The position numbers and the translations under genes were made by a program. Shown here piece after piece: positions 11,410 to 20,486 of a DNA stretch of 64,000 bases. Source of the DNA: Actinomycetota bacterium (lineage in GTDB: Bacteria > Actinomycetota > Acidimicrobiia > IMCC26256 > PALSA-610); the NCBI GenBank assembly GCA_005779395.1, contig SXJP01000039.1, positions 22,603 through 86,602 of the forward strand, in the 5' to 3' direction. The notes below the pieces were generated by a model. That model saw only the letters and a program-made list of their open reading frames with translations, was not told where the DNA came from and made no database searches. Positions within the stretch are counted from its first letter, which is position 1. The number at the start of each line of letters is the position of its first letter.

Positions 11410-11997
11410 CTACGGAGTGAGCGAACCGTCGATCACCGATTGCGCGACTTCAGCGACACCCTTTCGAGTATCCATCGCAGTTTTTTGCAGGAAGCGCCAT
11501 GCTGCGGCCTCGCCGAGTCCGAACCCATCCATCAAGCGTCCCTTAGCCCTATCGGTGAGCTTGCGCGCTTCAAGCCGTGCGACAAGATCGGCGTTCTCGT
11601 GTTCTAACGCGACCATTTGCTCGTGTCGGCCGAGAGCCATCTCAATCGCGGGAATTAGATCACTTTTTTGGAACGGTTTGACTAGGTAAGCAAGAGCACC
11701 GGCCTCACGCGCTTGCTCGACTAAGTCGTGTTGGCTGAACGCCGTGAGAATTAAGACTGCCGCGAGCTTTTCGTTCGTGATGTGTCGAGCTGCTGTCAGC
11801 CCATCCATTCCCGGCATCTTGATATCGAGGATCGCTAGGTCGGCTTTGTGCTCCTTGACCAACTCGACGGCATGGTCACCTCGGCTGGTCTCGCCAACTA
11901 TCAGGTAGCCCTCTTCTTCGAGGATTTCCTTTAGGTCGAGCCTGATAATCGCCTCATCTTCGGCAACCACTATTCGAACGGGATCTGCCACCGCCAT
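11410..11997 (-). CDS. pdtaR: ANTAR-domain response regulator (PdtaR-like)
   Basis: 195 aa with a receiver domain (IVVAEDE...LAILDIKMPGMDG) and a C-terminal ANTAR helix region (LEARKLTDRAKGRLM). It sits next to polA, as pdtaR does in mycobacteria. Confidence 0.85.
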   Translation of the reverse strand: MAVADPVRIVVAEDEAIIRLDLKEILEEEGYLIVGETSRGDHAVELVKEHKADLAILDIKMPGMDGLTAARHITNEKLAAVLILTAFSQHDLVEQAREAGALAYLVKPFQKSDLIPAIEMALGRHEQMVALEHENADLVARLEARKLTDRAKGRLMDGFGLGEAAAWRFLQKTAMDTRKGVAEVAQSVIDGSLTP

Positions 11998-12026
11998 ACC
12001 TTCCTACAGTTCATATCTACACGATT

Positions 12027-12335
12027 TCAAGACTCGATAGCGTCCGATAACGCAATTGCCAGACGCTCCAACAAGACATCCTGCTCGCTCTCGAGTTCCG
12101 ATATCGAACGCGCCAGCGAAGCTCGGTAGTTCGCGTGTGCATCCGCGTGTCGTTGTGCTTCTCGCGCTACTGAATCCGATAGCGGAGTCTCAGCGACTAG
12201 AGACCGTAGGCGTGCCTCGTCGGCTTCGTCGCTCAGAAACGCGAGTTGTTCGTCTGCGACTTCGAGTTCGGCGCGGAGGCGCTTTGCGCGCCCCGACACG
12301 TCGATTAGGCGACGTTCAAGAATCGACTTGGACAT
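12027..12335 (-). CDS. hypothetical coiled-coil protein
   Basis: 102-aa ATG-initiated ORF, highly helical and charged (AELEVADEQLAFLSDEADEARLRSL). It lies 29 bp upstream of the pdtaR-like gene on the same strand. No family recognised. Confidence 0.5.
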   Translation of the reverse strand: MSKSILERRLIDVSGRAKRLRAELEVADEQLAFLSDEADEARLRSLVAETPLSDSVAREAQRHADAHANYRASLARSISELESEQDVLLERLAIALSDAIES

Positions 12336-12410
12336 GGTCGTCTGAGTCTACGGCTCACTTCGCTTCCGCTCAGGCGATTCAACGCTGAGGCCGTAGACTC
12401 GCCCGGCTTT

Positions 12411-12494
12411 GCCCGGATGGCGCAATTGGCTGACGCGGTGGACTCAAAATCCACTGTCCGTAAGGATGTGCGGGTTCGAATCCCGCTCCGGGCA
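12411..12494 (+). tRNA. tRNA-Leu (anticodon CAA)
   Basis: Acceptor stem GCCCGGA/TCCGGGC, anticodon stem-loop GTGGA-CTCAAAA-TCCAC, long variable arm, and T-arm GCGGGTTCGAATCCCGC. Discriminator is A and no CCA is encoded. Confidence 0.93.
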
Positions 12495-12498
12495 CTCT

Positions 12499-12762
12499 GT
12501 GTTTGAATTCTTTGCAGGCACCATCTCAGGTGCAGCGCTTCTAGGGGTTGTCCTAATAATTATCGGACCGTCGCGAAGGATACGTAGCGAACCCGCAATC
12601 GACGACGAAGTTGAGGTTCGGATCCTCCTTGGGCTCGACCCGGAACCAAGTGATCAGGAAGACGAAACAGATTCATCACAAGACAGTGTCCGCTACAGCG
12701 CCAACCAAATCAAAGAACTCGAAGATTTGTCTCGTTCGCCGAAGAAACGCAAGCGCACTTAG
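12499..12762 (+). CDS. hypothetical small membrane-anchored acidic protein
   Basis: GTG 12499 lies just after the tRNA. It opens VFEFFAGTISGAALLGVVLIIIGP (one TM), followed by an acidic stretch and a KKRKR tail. The track ORF start at 12409 lies inside the tRNA and was rejected. Confidence 0.3.
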   Translation: MFEFFAGTISGAALLGVVLIIIGPSRRIRSEPAIDDEVEVRILLGLDPEPSDQEDETDSSQDSVRYSANQIKELEDLSRSPKKRKRT

Positions 12763-13175
12763 CTGAGCGCAAATAGCAAACGTGCGCGGACCGCGACTTC
12801 ACCATCGACGGTTGCAACGGCACTAGCCCATCCACCTCGAGCCGACAATCTTTCCATTGTTATTTCCATGCGTAGTTCTTCATCTGGTCGGACGACCCTC
12901 TTCCATCGCACAGCTTCGACACCTCCGAACAGCGGAAGCTTGCCTGCGTAGCGTTGATCAGAAAGCAGGGCAATGCCGCCAGCCTGTGCTAACGCCTCAA
13001 GCTGGATTACGCCCGGCAGTATTGGATTACCAGGGAAGTGCCCAGCGAAGAATTCCTCATCACCCGTCGGTCGCCAGCGAGCGACGACGCGTACCCCTGG
13101 TTCGAGTTCGTCTACAGCGTCAACAAAACGAAATGGTGGGCGGTGCGCAAGCAGGCTGATCGGATCGTCGGTCAT
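12759..13175 (-). CDS. fabZ: 3-hydroxyacyl-ACP dehydratase (hot-dog fold)
   Basis: 138 aa with the FabZ signature FFAGHFPGNPILPGVIQLEALAQ. Confidence 0.85.
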   Translation of the reverse strand: MTDDPISLLAHRPPFRFVDAVDELEPGVRVVARWRPTGDEEFFAGHFPGNPILPGVIQLEALAQAGGIALLSDQRYAGKLPLFGGVEAVRWKRVVRPDEELRMEITMERLSARGGWASAVATVDGEVAVRARLLFALS

Positions 13176-13215
13176 TGCATGAACTTAGGGTTTGCGCGTG
13201 CTTGCATGGAGACCA

Positions 13216-14136
13216 ATGCGCGTTGCAATCACCTTCCCAGGACAAGGAACACAAGCGCCCGGCATGGGAGCACCATGGCTTGACAGCAATTCATGGAAGA
13301 TTCTCGAGCATGCCGCGGAAGCCTTGAACGAGGACCTCGCCGAACTTGTTCTTCATGCAGACGCCGACGCCTTGGCTCGAACTCGTTCTGCGCAACTCGC
13401 GGTTCTGCTGACATCCCTGATGGCATGGGACGCGGCCGAGGCAACGATCAGGCGCAATCACCAAATCGTCGCCTTCGCCGGTCACTCGCTCGGTCAAGTC
13501 ACGGCATTAATTGCATCCGGTGCGGTTTCGCTTATAGATGGGGTGCGTTTCGCGGCAAGACGCGCCGAACTAACTCAGGCCGAGGCCGACCGCAATGAGG
13601 GCAGAATGGCTGCGTTGCTCGGTGTCACGCCTGAGCAAGCGACCCTTGCGTGCGATGCCGCCCCAAACTCTGCGTGGGTCGCTAACGACAACGCCCCCGG
13701 GCAAGTAGTCATCGCAGGAACAGCAACTGGGATTGAGACTGCGATCGCTCGTGCGAAGGAACTAGGAGCCAAACGCGCAATGCACCTGCCTGTAGACGGC
13801 GCATTTCACACACCGCTGATGGGTGGCGCTGTCGCCGGACTGGCCGAGGCTCTAACGTTGATTTCTTTCGCTGAACCATCTGCTCCAGTGGTGTCTAACG
13901 CTGATGCCCGCGCCTACTCAGACGGCATTGGCTGGCAGAAACGACTCGCCACGCATCCCGTATCCGCAGTGCGCTGGCGCGAATGCATGCTGAGTCTTTG
14001 CAGCCGTCCACTAAATGCCGAAATCTTTTTTGAAATCGGTCACGGCGCGATGATCGCTGGTGTCGCAAAACGAACGGTAGACACTGTCCGCGTAGTCAGC
14101 GTCGCAGGTCAGAGCGATATCGAGGCAATTGAGTAA
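13216..14136 (+). CDS. fabD: malonyl CoA-ACP transacylase
   Basis: N-terminus FPGQGTQAPGMG and active-site GHSLGQ. ATG 13216 is preferred over TTG 13192. Confidence 0.92.
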   Translation: MRVAITFPGQGTQAPGMGAPWLDSNSWKILEHAAEALNEDLAELVLHADADALARTRSAQLAVLLTSLMAWDAAEATIRRNHQIVAFAGHSLGQVTALIASGAVSLIDGVRFAARRAELTQAEADRNEGRMAALLGVTPEQATLACDAAPNSAWVANDNAPGQVVIAGTATGIETAIARAKELGAKRAMHLPVDGAFHTPLMGGAVAGLAEALTLISFAEPSAPVVSNADARAYSDGIGWQKRLATHPVSAVRWRECMLSLCSRPLNAEIFFEIGHGAMIAGVAKRTVDTVRVVSVAGQSDIEAIE

Positions 14137-14167
14137 CCACTTGGGTTTCCTATGAGTCTCTGCCCCG

Positions 14168-14452
14168 ATGCTTACCTCCACACTGTCACGCCTCGGTTCC
14201 ATCCACCACGGTGAGTTCGTTTCTATTCCTGAGCGAATGATCGTCACGCCTGCCAACGGTGTATTCCGGCAGACCGCACTTGCATACACAGGGGTGTATG
14301 TCGGTGCTGGCGACGAAATCGGAGTGCTTGAGAGTCCCGGAAAGCGCGTTCGCGTGCTCTCGCCTTTCTCGGGAACCTTGATGGGCGTTCTCGCTGACGA
14401 AGGCGAACGCCTCCGCGAGGGAGAGCCCGTCGCTTGGCTTCGCGTCGCGTAG
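14168..14452 (+). CDS. biotin/lipoyl-like (BCCP-like) domain protein lacking the canonical EAMKM lysine
   Basis: 94 aa. GDEIGVLESPGKRVRVLSPFSGTLMGVLADEGERLREGEPVAWL aligns without gaps to the BCCP hairpin (E..K....SGTV...V..G..V..G.PL). The motif reads ESPGK instead of EAMKM. Confidence 0.55.
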   Translation: MLTSTLSRLGSIHHGEFVSIPERMIVTPANGVFRQTALAYTGVYVGAGDEIGVLESPGKRVRVLSPFSGTLMGVLADEGERLREGEPVAWLRVA

Positions 14453-14464
14453 CTTGACCTTCTC

Positions 14465-15469
14465 GTGATTTCGACACCTAACAATCCCATTAGTCGTGCG
14501 CGCATAAGAGGTTGGGGAATCGCCCTACCTGATGACGTCATAACGAACGCAGACTTGCAAGCCCGGCTCGACACAACAGATGAATGGATTGTCGAGCGGA
14601 CCGGAATTCGTGAACGCCGTAAAGCAAGTGCATCTGAGTCGACAGCTTCGCTGGCTACCGAAGCTGCGACAAAAGCCATCAAGTCTGCTGGCTTGTCGCC
14701 TGCAGATATAGATCTCCTAATAGTGGCGACGGCTACACCGGAGCAACTCATACCGCACACCGGCGCACACGTCGGCGAGAGTCTTGGGCTTGCTTGCGGC
14801 AGCTTCGACCTAAACGCCGCTTGCGCCGGATTCGTATACGCGAGCGTTGTCGGATCTGCATTGCTCAACACGGGTATGAGCAATGTCCTAGTGGTCGGTG
14901 CCGAAACTCTTAGCCGAATAGTCGATCAGCACGACCGCGGCACTGCCGTTCTTTTCGGAGATGGGGCGGGCGCCGCTGTCTGGTCTCTCGGTGACCCGGA
15001 CTATGGGTTGCTCAGCTTCGATCTCGGCTGCGATGGCAGTGCCGCCGACATTCTTCAGATTCCTGCTGGCGGTTCTCGGTTGCCGACTTCGGCCGAAACT
15101 GTCGCGAACAATGATCACGTCGTGAAGATGCAGGGCCAAGAAGTTTTCAAACGTGCGGTTCGCGCTATCGGCGAGTCAGCAATAGCAACCTTGGCTAATG
15201 CCAACACCACGATCGATGCCGTCGACTGGTTCGTTCCACATCAGGCCAACATCAGGATCATTGAGACTGCAGCTAACCGAATTGGCATCCCGATGGAACG
15301 TGTGATTGTCAACATAGACAAGTACGGGAACACCAGCACGGCCTCAATTCCGCTCGCTCTGTTCGAAGCGGTCGAGAGTGGCCAGATCAAACACGGAGAC
15401 AGCCTTCTCGTCGCTGGCTTCGGAGCAGGAATGACCTGGGCGAGTGCTCTTATTCGATGGGGAAATTGA
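14465..15469 (+). CDS. fabH: 3-oxoacyl-ACP synthase III
   Basis: 334 aa with the KAS III pattern: TDEWIVERTGIRERR, active-site NAACAGF, HQAN and GNTSTASIP. Confidence 0.93.
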   Translation: MISTPNNPISRARIRGWGIALPDDVITNADLQARLDTTDEWIVERTGIRERRKASASESTASLATEAATKAIKSAGLSPADIDLLIVATATPEQLIPHTGAHVGESLGLACGSFDLNAACAGFVYASVVGSALLNTGMSNVLVVGAETLSRIVDQHDRGTAVLFGDGAGAAVWSLGDPDYGLLSFDLGCDGSAADILQIPAGGSRLPTSAETVANNDHVVKMQGQEVFKRAVRAIGESAIATLANANTTIDAVDWFVPHQANIRIIETAANRIGIPMERVIVNIDKYGNTSTASIPLALFEAVESGQIKHGDSLLVAGFGAGMTWASALIRWGN

Positions 15470-16224
15470 TGGTGACCGATAACGAACGAAGAATTGCCTT
15501 CGTCACCGGTGGATCGAAGGGAATTGGAGCGGCCACTAGCTGTGCACTCGCTCGCTCGGGCTTGTACGTAGCCGTTGGGTACGCGTCCGATGAAGTCGGC
15601 GCACGACAAGTCGTTGAGGACATCAAATCGAGTGGAGGCATCGCTATTGCCGTCCACTGCGACGTCACCCGCGTCGATTCTGTCGAGAACGCTTTCGCCG
15701 AAATTGAGCGGACGCTCGGAAAAGTCGCAGTTCTAGTCAACAACGGCGGCATCACGGCAGATGGACTCATCATGCGAATGACAGACGAACAGTGGTCATC
15801 GGTGATCGAGACGAACCTGTCCGGCGCATTCCGCACTATTCGCAGGGCGACGCCAGGGATGCTCAAACATCGGTACGGTCGCATCATCAACGTCTCGAGC
15901 GCGAGCGGGCAAATGGGTATCGCCGGTCAGGCCAACTACTCAGCGGCCAAGGCGGGACTCGTTGGACTGACCAGAAGTTTCGCCAGGGAGCTTGGTTCAC
16001 GTGGCATCACAGCAAATATCGTTGCACCGGGGCCAATCGATACCGCGATGACCGATGGCCTCACCGATGAGTGGCGTTCGCAGGCCGAGGCGCAAGTCGC
16101 TTTACGCCGATTCGGAACACCTATTGAAGTAGCTGACGTCATCGCATTTCTGTGTTCGCCGGAAGCCTCGTACATCACAGGAGCAATCATCCCTGTAGAT
16201 GGCGGCCTGGCGATGGGCCACTAG
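15469..16224 (+). CDS. fabG: 3-oxoacyl-ACP reductase (SDR)
   Basis: TGGSKGIG cofactor motif and YSAAK catalytic motif. ATG 15469 overlaps the fabH stop (TGATG). ATG 15457 is the alternative start. Confidence 0.92.
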   Translation: MVTDNERRIAFVTGGSKGIGAATSCALARSGLYVAVGYASDEVGARQVVEDIKSSGGIAIAVHCDVTRVDSVENAFAEIERTLGKVAVLVNNGGITADGLIMRMTDEQWSSVIETNLSGAFRTIRRATPGMLKHRYGRIINVSSASGQMGIAGQANYSAAKAGLVGLTRSFARELGSRGITANIVAPGPIDTAMTDGLTDEWRSQAEAQVALRRFGTPIEVADVIAFLCSPEASYITGAIIPVDGGLAMGH

Positions 16225-16334
16225 AGAGCAGCCCATCTTTTCGACACGAATTTCGACCCACATAACGAAGTAAGTTCAAAGACCGAAGACCTAACCATCA
16301 AGTAGCCGGGATCCGGCAGATAAGCAGGAACGAA

Positions 16335-16577
16335 ATGGAACGCACCGAGGCACTTGCAGTAGTACGTGAAGTCGCAGTCGAAGTCCTATCTCTCGATGCA
16401 TCGAGCATCACCGAGGATGCACGCTTTAAGGAAGACCTTGAAGCCGACAGCCTCGATCTAGTTGAGCTAGTCATGGGTCTAGAAGAACGATTCTCGATTG
16501 AAGTTCCAGAAGAAGACCTCGAAGGCGTAACCACCATTGGCCACGCCGTAGATCTAGTACTCGCAAAAATCAGCTAG
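16335..16577 (+). CDS. acpP: acyl carrier protein
   Basis: 80 aa with the phosphopantetheine site DLEADSLDLVELVM. Confidence 0.95.
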   Translation: MERTEALAVVREVAVEVLSLDASSITEDARFKEDLEADSLDLVELVMGLEERFSIEVPEEDLEGVTTIGHAVDLVLAKIS

Positions 16578-16588
16578 GCAGCGCGAGC

Positions 16589-17848
16589 GTGAGCAGTCTC
16601 GACTTTCGTGGTCGTCATCGTGTCGCAGTGACGGGTCTCGGCGTGAAATCGCCTGCTGGCAACGACCTCGATACCTTTTGGGCACGCCTTTGCTCCGGAG
16701 ATTCTGCTGGCGCTCGTATCTCTCGATACGACCCAGCCGAGCTGACTGTGCAAATCGGTTGCGAGGTACCGGAATTTGATGTCGAGAAGTACATAACCAT
16801 GAAAGAGGCACGCAGACTCGATCGGTCGGCGGTACTCGGCATCTCCTCGTCGGTGGACGCGCTCGCAGACGCTAGTGATCCTCGGATAGACCCGGCACGA
16901 TGCGCTGTAGTTGGCGGCGCAGGCATCGGTGGGCTAATCACCCTCGAAGAACAAGTCGAGATTCGATTCACTAAGGGTGCGCGTAGCGTCAGTCCCCTAC
17001 TCGTCCCGATGATGATGCCTAACGCGACGGCCGCGGGCGTCTCGCTTCGGTTCGGCTGGACTGGTCCAAACTTCACTGTCGCAACGGCGTGCGCCGCTAG
17101 TACGAACGCAATCGGCGACGCCGCGGAACTTATTCGTCATGGCACAGCCGATGTCGTAATGGTTGTTGGCGCGGAGTCTTGTCAGACAAAGACCGCTATC
17201 TCTGCTTTCGCCCGCATGACTGCGTTGTCCGGACGCAACGACGATCCGGCTCGTGCCTCTCGGCCCTTCGACGCTGGCCGCGATGGCTTCGTGATGGGAG
17301 AAGGCGCCGGCGCGCTCTTACTCGAACGCATGGATCTCGCCGTCGAGCGTGGCGCACGAATCTACGCAGAATTCGGGGGGTACGGACGCAACTCTGATGC
17401 CCATCACATAACAGCACCGTCGCCTGGTGGAGAGGGTGCCGTCGCGTGCATGAAACTCGCTCTGGCAGATGCAGGGCTCGACCCGTCTGCCGTCGGCCAT
17501 ATCAACGCGCATGGCACAAGTACACCTCTCAACGACTCGGCGGAGTCAGCCGCAATTTTCAAAGTCTTCGGCGACGATGGGCCAGTCGTCACTTCGACGA
17601 AAGGCGTTACCGGGCACATGATCGGTGCGGCTGGCGCCGTCGAAGCGATAGCCGCGATTCTTGCGATGCGCTCCGAGAGCGTGCCGCCGACAGCAAACCT
17701 CGAACGCCTCGGCGATGACATCACGATCGATGTTGTTGCCGGAACGCCACGCTTTGTGCCATCGAAACCGTCTATGTCAAACAGCTTCGGTTTCGGCGGT
17801 CACAACGCGTCCGTAATTTTTCTGCCAGCGCCCAGCGGAGTCGAATGA
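16589..17848 (+). CDS. fabF: 3-oxoacyl-ACP synthase II
   Basis: 419 aa with KAS I/II motifs: ATACAAS active-site Cys, HITAP, NAHGTSTPLND and SFGFGGHNAS. Confidence 0.95.
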   Translation: MSSLDFRGRHRVAVTGLGVKSPAGNDLDTFWARLCSGDSAGARISRYDPAELTVQIGCEVPEFDVEKYITMKEARRLDRSAVLGISSSVDALADASDPRIDPARCAVVGGAGIGGLITLEEQVEIRFTKGARSVSPLLVPMMMPNATAAGVSLRFGWTGPNFTVATACAASTNAIGDAAELIRHGTADVVMVVGAESCQTKTAISAFARMTALSGRNDDPARASRPFDAGRDGFVMGEGAGALLLERMDLAVERGARIYAEFGGYGRNSDAHHITAPSPGGEGAVACMKLALADAGLDPSAVGHINAHGTSTPLNDSAESAAIFKVFGDDGPVVTSTKGVTGHMIGAAGAVEAIAAILAMRSESVPPTANLERLGDDITIDVVAGTPRFVPSKPSMSNSFGFGGHNASVIFLPAPSGVE

Positions 17849-19173
17849 TCGCAGGCGTCGGGATGGGGTCGCGAACCGACGTCGCGACAAACGTCGTGTT
17901 ACGGGACCTAGATGGCAGCAACGTCGTCTGGGTCGAACTAAGCGGCGGGCAGCACCACGGCTCTATCACATCGGCTGGAGGAAGCACGATCAGCGAGGCC
18001 ATCGACCTCGCGGCCGATCTTGGAATCCCCGTTGCACTCGTTATCGACAGTTCCGGTTCAGATGTCTTCGAGGGTCTCGCTGCGCTGCATGCGTGGGGAC
18101 TCATAGCGCGGTCGCTCACACGTGCTTCTGGCGTCGTACCAACAATAATCGGAGTAACAGGTGCATGTGTTTCAGGTCCGGCGTTGCTGCTCGGCCTTGC
18201 CGACCTCGTCGTGATGACCGAAACGGCCTTTGCATTCGTCACAGGACCTCAAGCAGTTACAGAATTCACCGGTATACAGACCGATCGCCATGGACTCGGT
18301 GGAGCGAGCATCCACGACACGTCTTCGGGCCTCGCTGCGATCGTCGTCTCCGGTCCGGTTGCCGTGGCGGGCGCAATCGAAACGCTCCTCTCCTACCTTC
18401 CTAGCAATTCGCTTTCAGATCCGCCTGTGAGCGATACCCACGATCCGAAGGACCGCCTTTGTGATCGGGCGGCCACATCGATCCCAAGTGCTCCTACTGG
18501 TGGCTTCGACGTTCGCCATGTAATTGAGGACGTTGTCGATGAACACTCATTCGTCGAAATTCGTGCAAGCTACGCCCCGAACGTTGTTACCGGGTTCGGA
18601 CGATTGGACAGTCGATCGGTTGGCATAGTCGCGAACCAACCACAAAACCGGGCTGGAACTCTAGACATAGAGGCTTCCCGGAAAGCGGCCCGGTTCGTAT
18701 CACTTTGCGACGCTTTCAACCTTCCTATCGTCACCCTCGTAGATACTCCAGGATTTGAGCCAGGCAAGGATCTCGAGTGGCGTGGAATGATTCGCCATGG
18801 CGCAGAACTCGCCCACGCGTACTGCGAAGCGACAGTGCCAAGAATCTGCGTAATCATGCGCAAATCATTCGGCGGCGCCTACATCGTTATGGACTCACGG
18901 GGAGTTGGTAACGACCTCTGTTTCGCTTGGCCATGTGCAGAGATTGCTGTGATGGGCGCCGCGGGAGCGATGCAAATACTCCGGTCTGACTCCACCACAA
19001 AGGTTGATTACGAAGAGGATTTCCTCAACCCATACCGCGCCGCCGAGCGCGGGTACGTCGACGCTGTAATCCACCCAAGCGAAACACGCATAGCGTTGTG
19101 TTCTGGGCTCTCGCAACTGCAGATGAAGCGAAGTCTCGGCAGGCCACGCAAGCACTCCAACTCACCGATGTGA
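17845..19173 (+). CDS. acyl-CoA carboxylase carboxyltransferase (beta) subunit, AccD6-like
   Basis: 442 aa, carboxyl-transferase family (VGIVANQP...LPIVTLVDTPGF...RKSFGGAYIVM). The start overlaps the fabF stop (ATGA). It occupies the position of accD6 in the mycobacterial fabD-acpM-kasA-kasB-accD6 operon. Confidence 0.85.
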   Translation: MIAGVGMGSRTDVATNVVLRDLDGSNVVWVELSGGQHHGSITSAGGSTISEAIDLAADLGIPVALVIDSSGSDVFEGLAALHAWGLIARSLTRASGVVPTIIGVTGACVSGPALLLGLADLVVMTETAFAFVTGPQAVTEFTGIQTDRHGLGGASIHDTSSGLAAIVVSGPVAVAGAIETLLSYLPSNSLSDPPVSDTHDPKDRLCDRAATSIPSAPTGGFDVRHVIEDVVDEHSFVEIRASYAPNVVTGFGRLDSRSVGIVANQPQNRAGTLDIEASRKAARFVSLCDAFNLPIVTLVDTPGFEPGKDLEWRGMIRHGAELAHAYCEATVPRICVIMRKSFGGAYIVMDSRGVGNDLCFAWPCAEIAVMGAAGAMQILRSDSTTKVDYEEDFLNPYRAAERGYVDAVIHPSETRIALCSGLSQLQMKRSLGRPRKHSNSPM

Positions 19174-19198
19174 TCCTCATCTAACAAGGATGTACCAA

Positions 19199-19960
19199 AT
19201 GTTGCTTCAAGGTAAACGAATCTTGATCACGGGCGTGCTCAACGATGCATCGATCGCGTTTTCGGTAGCCCGCGCTGCACAGGAACAAAGTGCGACGGTC
19301 GTGCTTTCAAGCTTTGGTCGCGTGATGTCTCTGACACAGCGCACAGCCAAGCGGCTACCTAACCCTGATGTCGAAATCGTCGAATTCGATGCGACCAACC
19401 CTCAAGATGTGGACGCCCTCGCTAGCCGCGTAGGTGGCGAACTGCACGGAGCACTGCATGCGATCGCGTTCGCCCCTGAGAGTTGCCTCGGAGGCGGTTT
19501 TCTAAGTGCGCCCTGGGACGATGTCGCTACGGCTCTACACGTGTCGACCTATTCGCTCAAGGCGCTCGCCGTAGCCGTGCGACCCCTCATGCCTGCAGGC
19601 GGCGCTGTCGTCGGTCTCGATTTCGATAATGGCTCTCAAGCGTGGCCTGTCTACGACTGGATGGGAGTCGCAAAGGCAGCTTTGCAGTCAACAGCACGGT
19701 ACCTCGCGAGAGATCTTGGCTCTTCAAATATTCGAGTGAACCTTGTGGCTGCTGGCCCTATCCGCACCATCGCAGCGAAGTCGATTCCAGGATTCGAACA
19801 ATTTGAGGAAGCGTGGGCCGCTCGAGCGCCCCTCGGTTGGGATGTCCGCGACCCAGAACCAGCAGCCCGTGCCTGTGTCGCTTTACTCAGTGATTTCTTC
19901 ACCGCGACAACCGGTGAAATTGTGCATGTAGATGGCGGGTATCACGCCATCGGGGCCTAA
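19199..19960 (+). CDS. fabI: enoyl-ACP reductase [NADH] (FabI/InhA type)
   Basis: MLLQGKRILITGV N-terminus with an SDR-like FabI/InhA pattern. ATG 19199 has better GGA spacing than ATG 19190. Confidence 0.9.
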   Translation: MLLQGKRILITGVLNDASIAFSVARAAQEQSATVVLSSFGRVMSLTQRTAKRLPNPDVEIVEFDATNPQDVDALASRVGGELHGALHAIAFAPESCLGGGFLSAPWDDVATALHVSTYSLKALAVAVRPLMPAGGAVVGLDFDNGSQAWPVYDWMGVAKAALQSTARYLARDLGSSNIRVNLVAAGPIRTIAAKSIPGFEQFEEAWAARAPLGWDVRDPEPAARACVALLSDFFTATTGEIVHVDGGYHAIGA

Positions 19961-19975
19961 TTACGCTTTGAACCT

Positions 19976-20440
19976 TTAACCCTTCAGTACCTGGGTTGCT
20001 TTAGGAACTGTGTCTTTCGGGCTGACCTTGTAGAACACTCCTGCAAGCTTGCCTCTGGGGTCGATTACGAATGCACTGCGCACTACCCCCATGTACTTGC
20101 GTCCGTAGTTCACCTTCTCCGCCCACACGCCGTAGGCCTCAGCTACTGCATGGTCACCGTCGGAGAGCAAAGGGAAACCAAGTTCATACTTGTCGTCAAA
20201 CCGCTTCTGCTTCTCGACAGCATCAGGCGAGACTCCAAGCACGACAGCGTTCAACACTGCCAAGTCAGCAAGCGCAGAACTCAATTCGCAAGATTGTGTC
20301 GTGCACCCAGGCGTGTCTGCCTTCGGGTAGAAGTACAAGACCACCGACTGTCCCTTGAATTGTGAGAGCTTCACCAACTTGCCGTCCTGGTCCATCAGGC
20401 TGAATATTGGAGCGCGATTACCGACTTCGAGTTTGGTCAT
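19976..20440 (-). CDS. bcp: thioredoxin-dependent thiol peroxidase (peroxiredoxin Bcp)
   Basis: 154 aa from ATG 20440 with the peroxidatic motif FYPKADTPGCTTQ. The 317-aa track ORF is an unsupported N-terminal extension. Confidence 0.92.
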   Translation of the reverse strand: MTKLEVGNRAPIFSLMDQDGKLVKLSQFKGQSVVLYFYPKADTPGCTTQSCELSSALADLAVLNAVVLGVSPDAVEKQKRFDDKYELGFPLLSDGDHAVAEAYGVWAEKVNYGRKYMGVVRSAFVIDPRGKLAGVFYKVSPKDTVPKATQVLKG

Positions 20441-20486
20441 GTCATTCCTGTCGAGTGCGAGGGTCGTTGTACATAGCCTGCCTAGC

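Noticed and set aside
12409-12498. The track ORF start at 12409, which gives a 117-aa protein.
   Set aside because: Its first 30 codons lie inside tRNA-Leu (12411-12494). Only a downstream GTG (12499) version is retained, at low confidence.
14011-14883. A 290-aa minus-strand ORF.
   Set aside because: It runs antisense to the fabD end, the BCCP-like ORF and fabH. Its composition is low-complexity S/R/P/A-rich, typical of GC-biased antisense frames.
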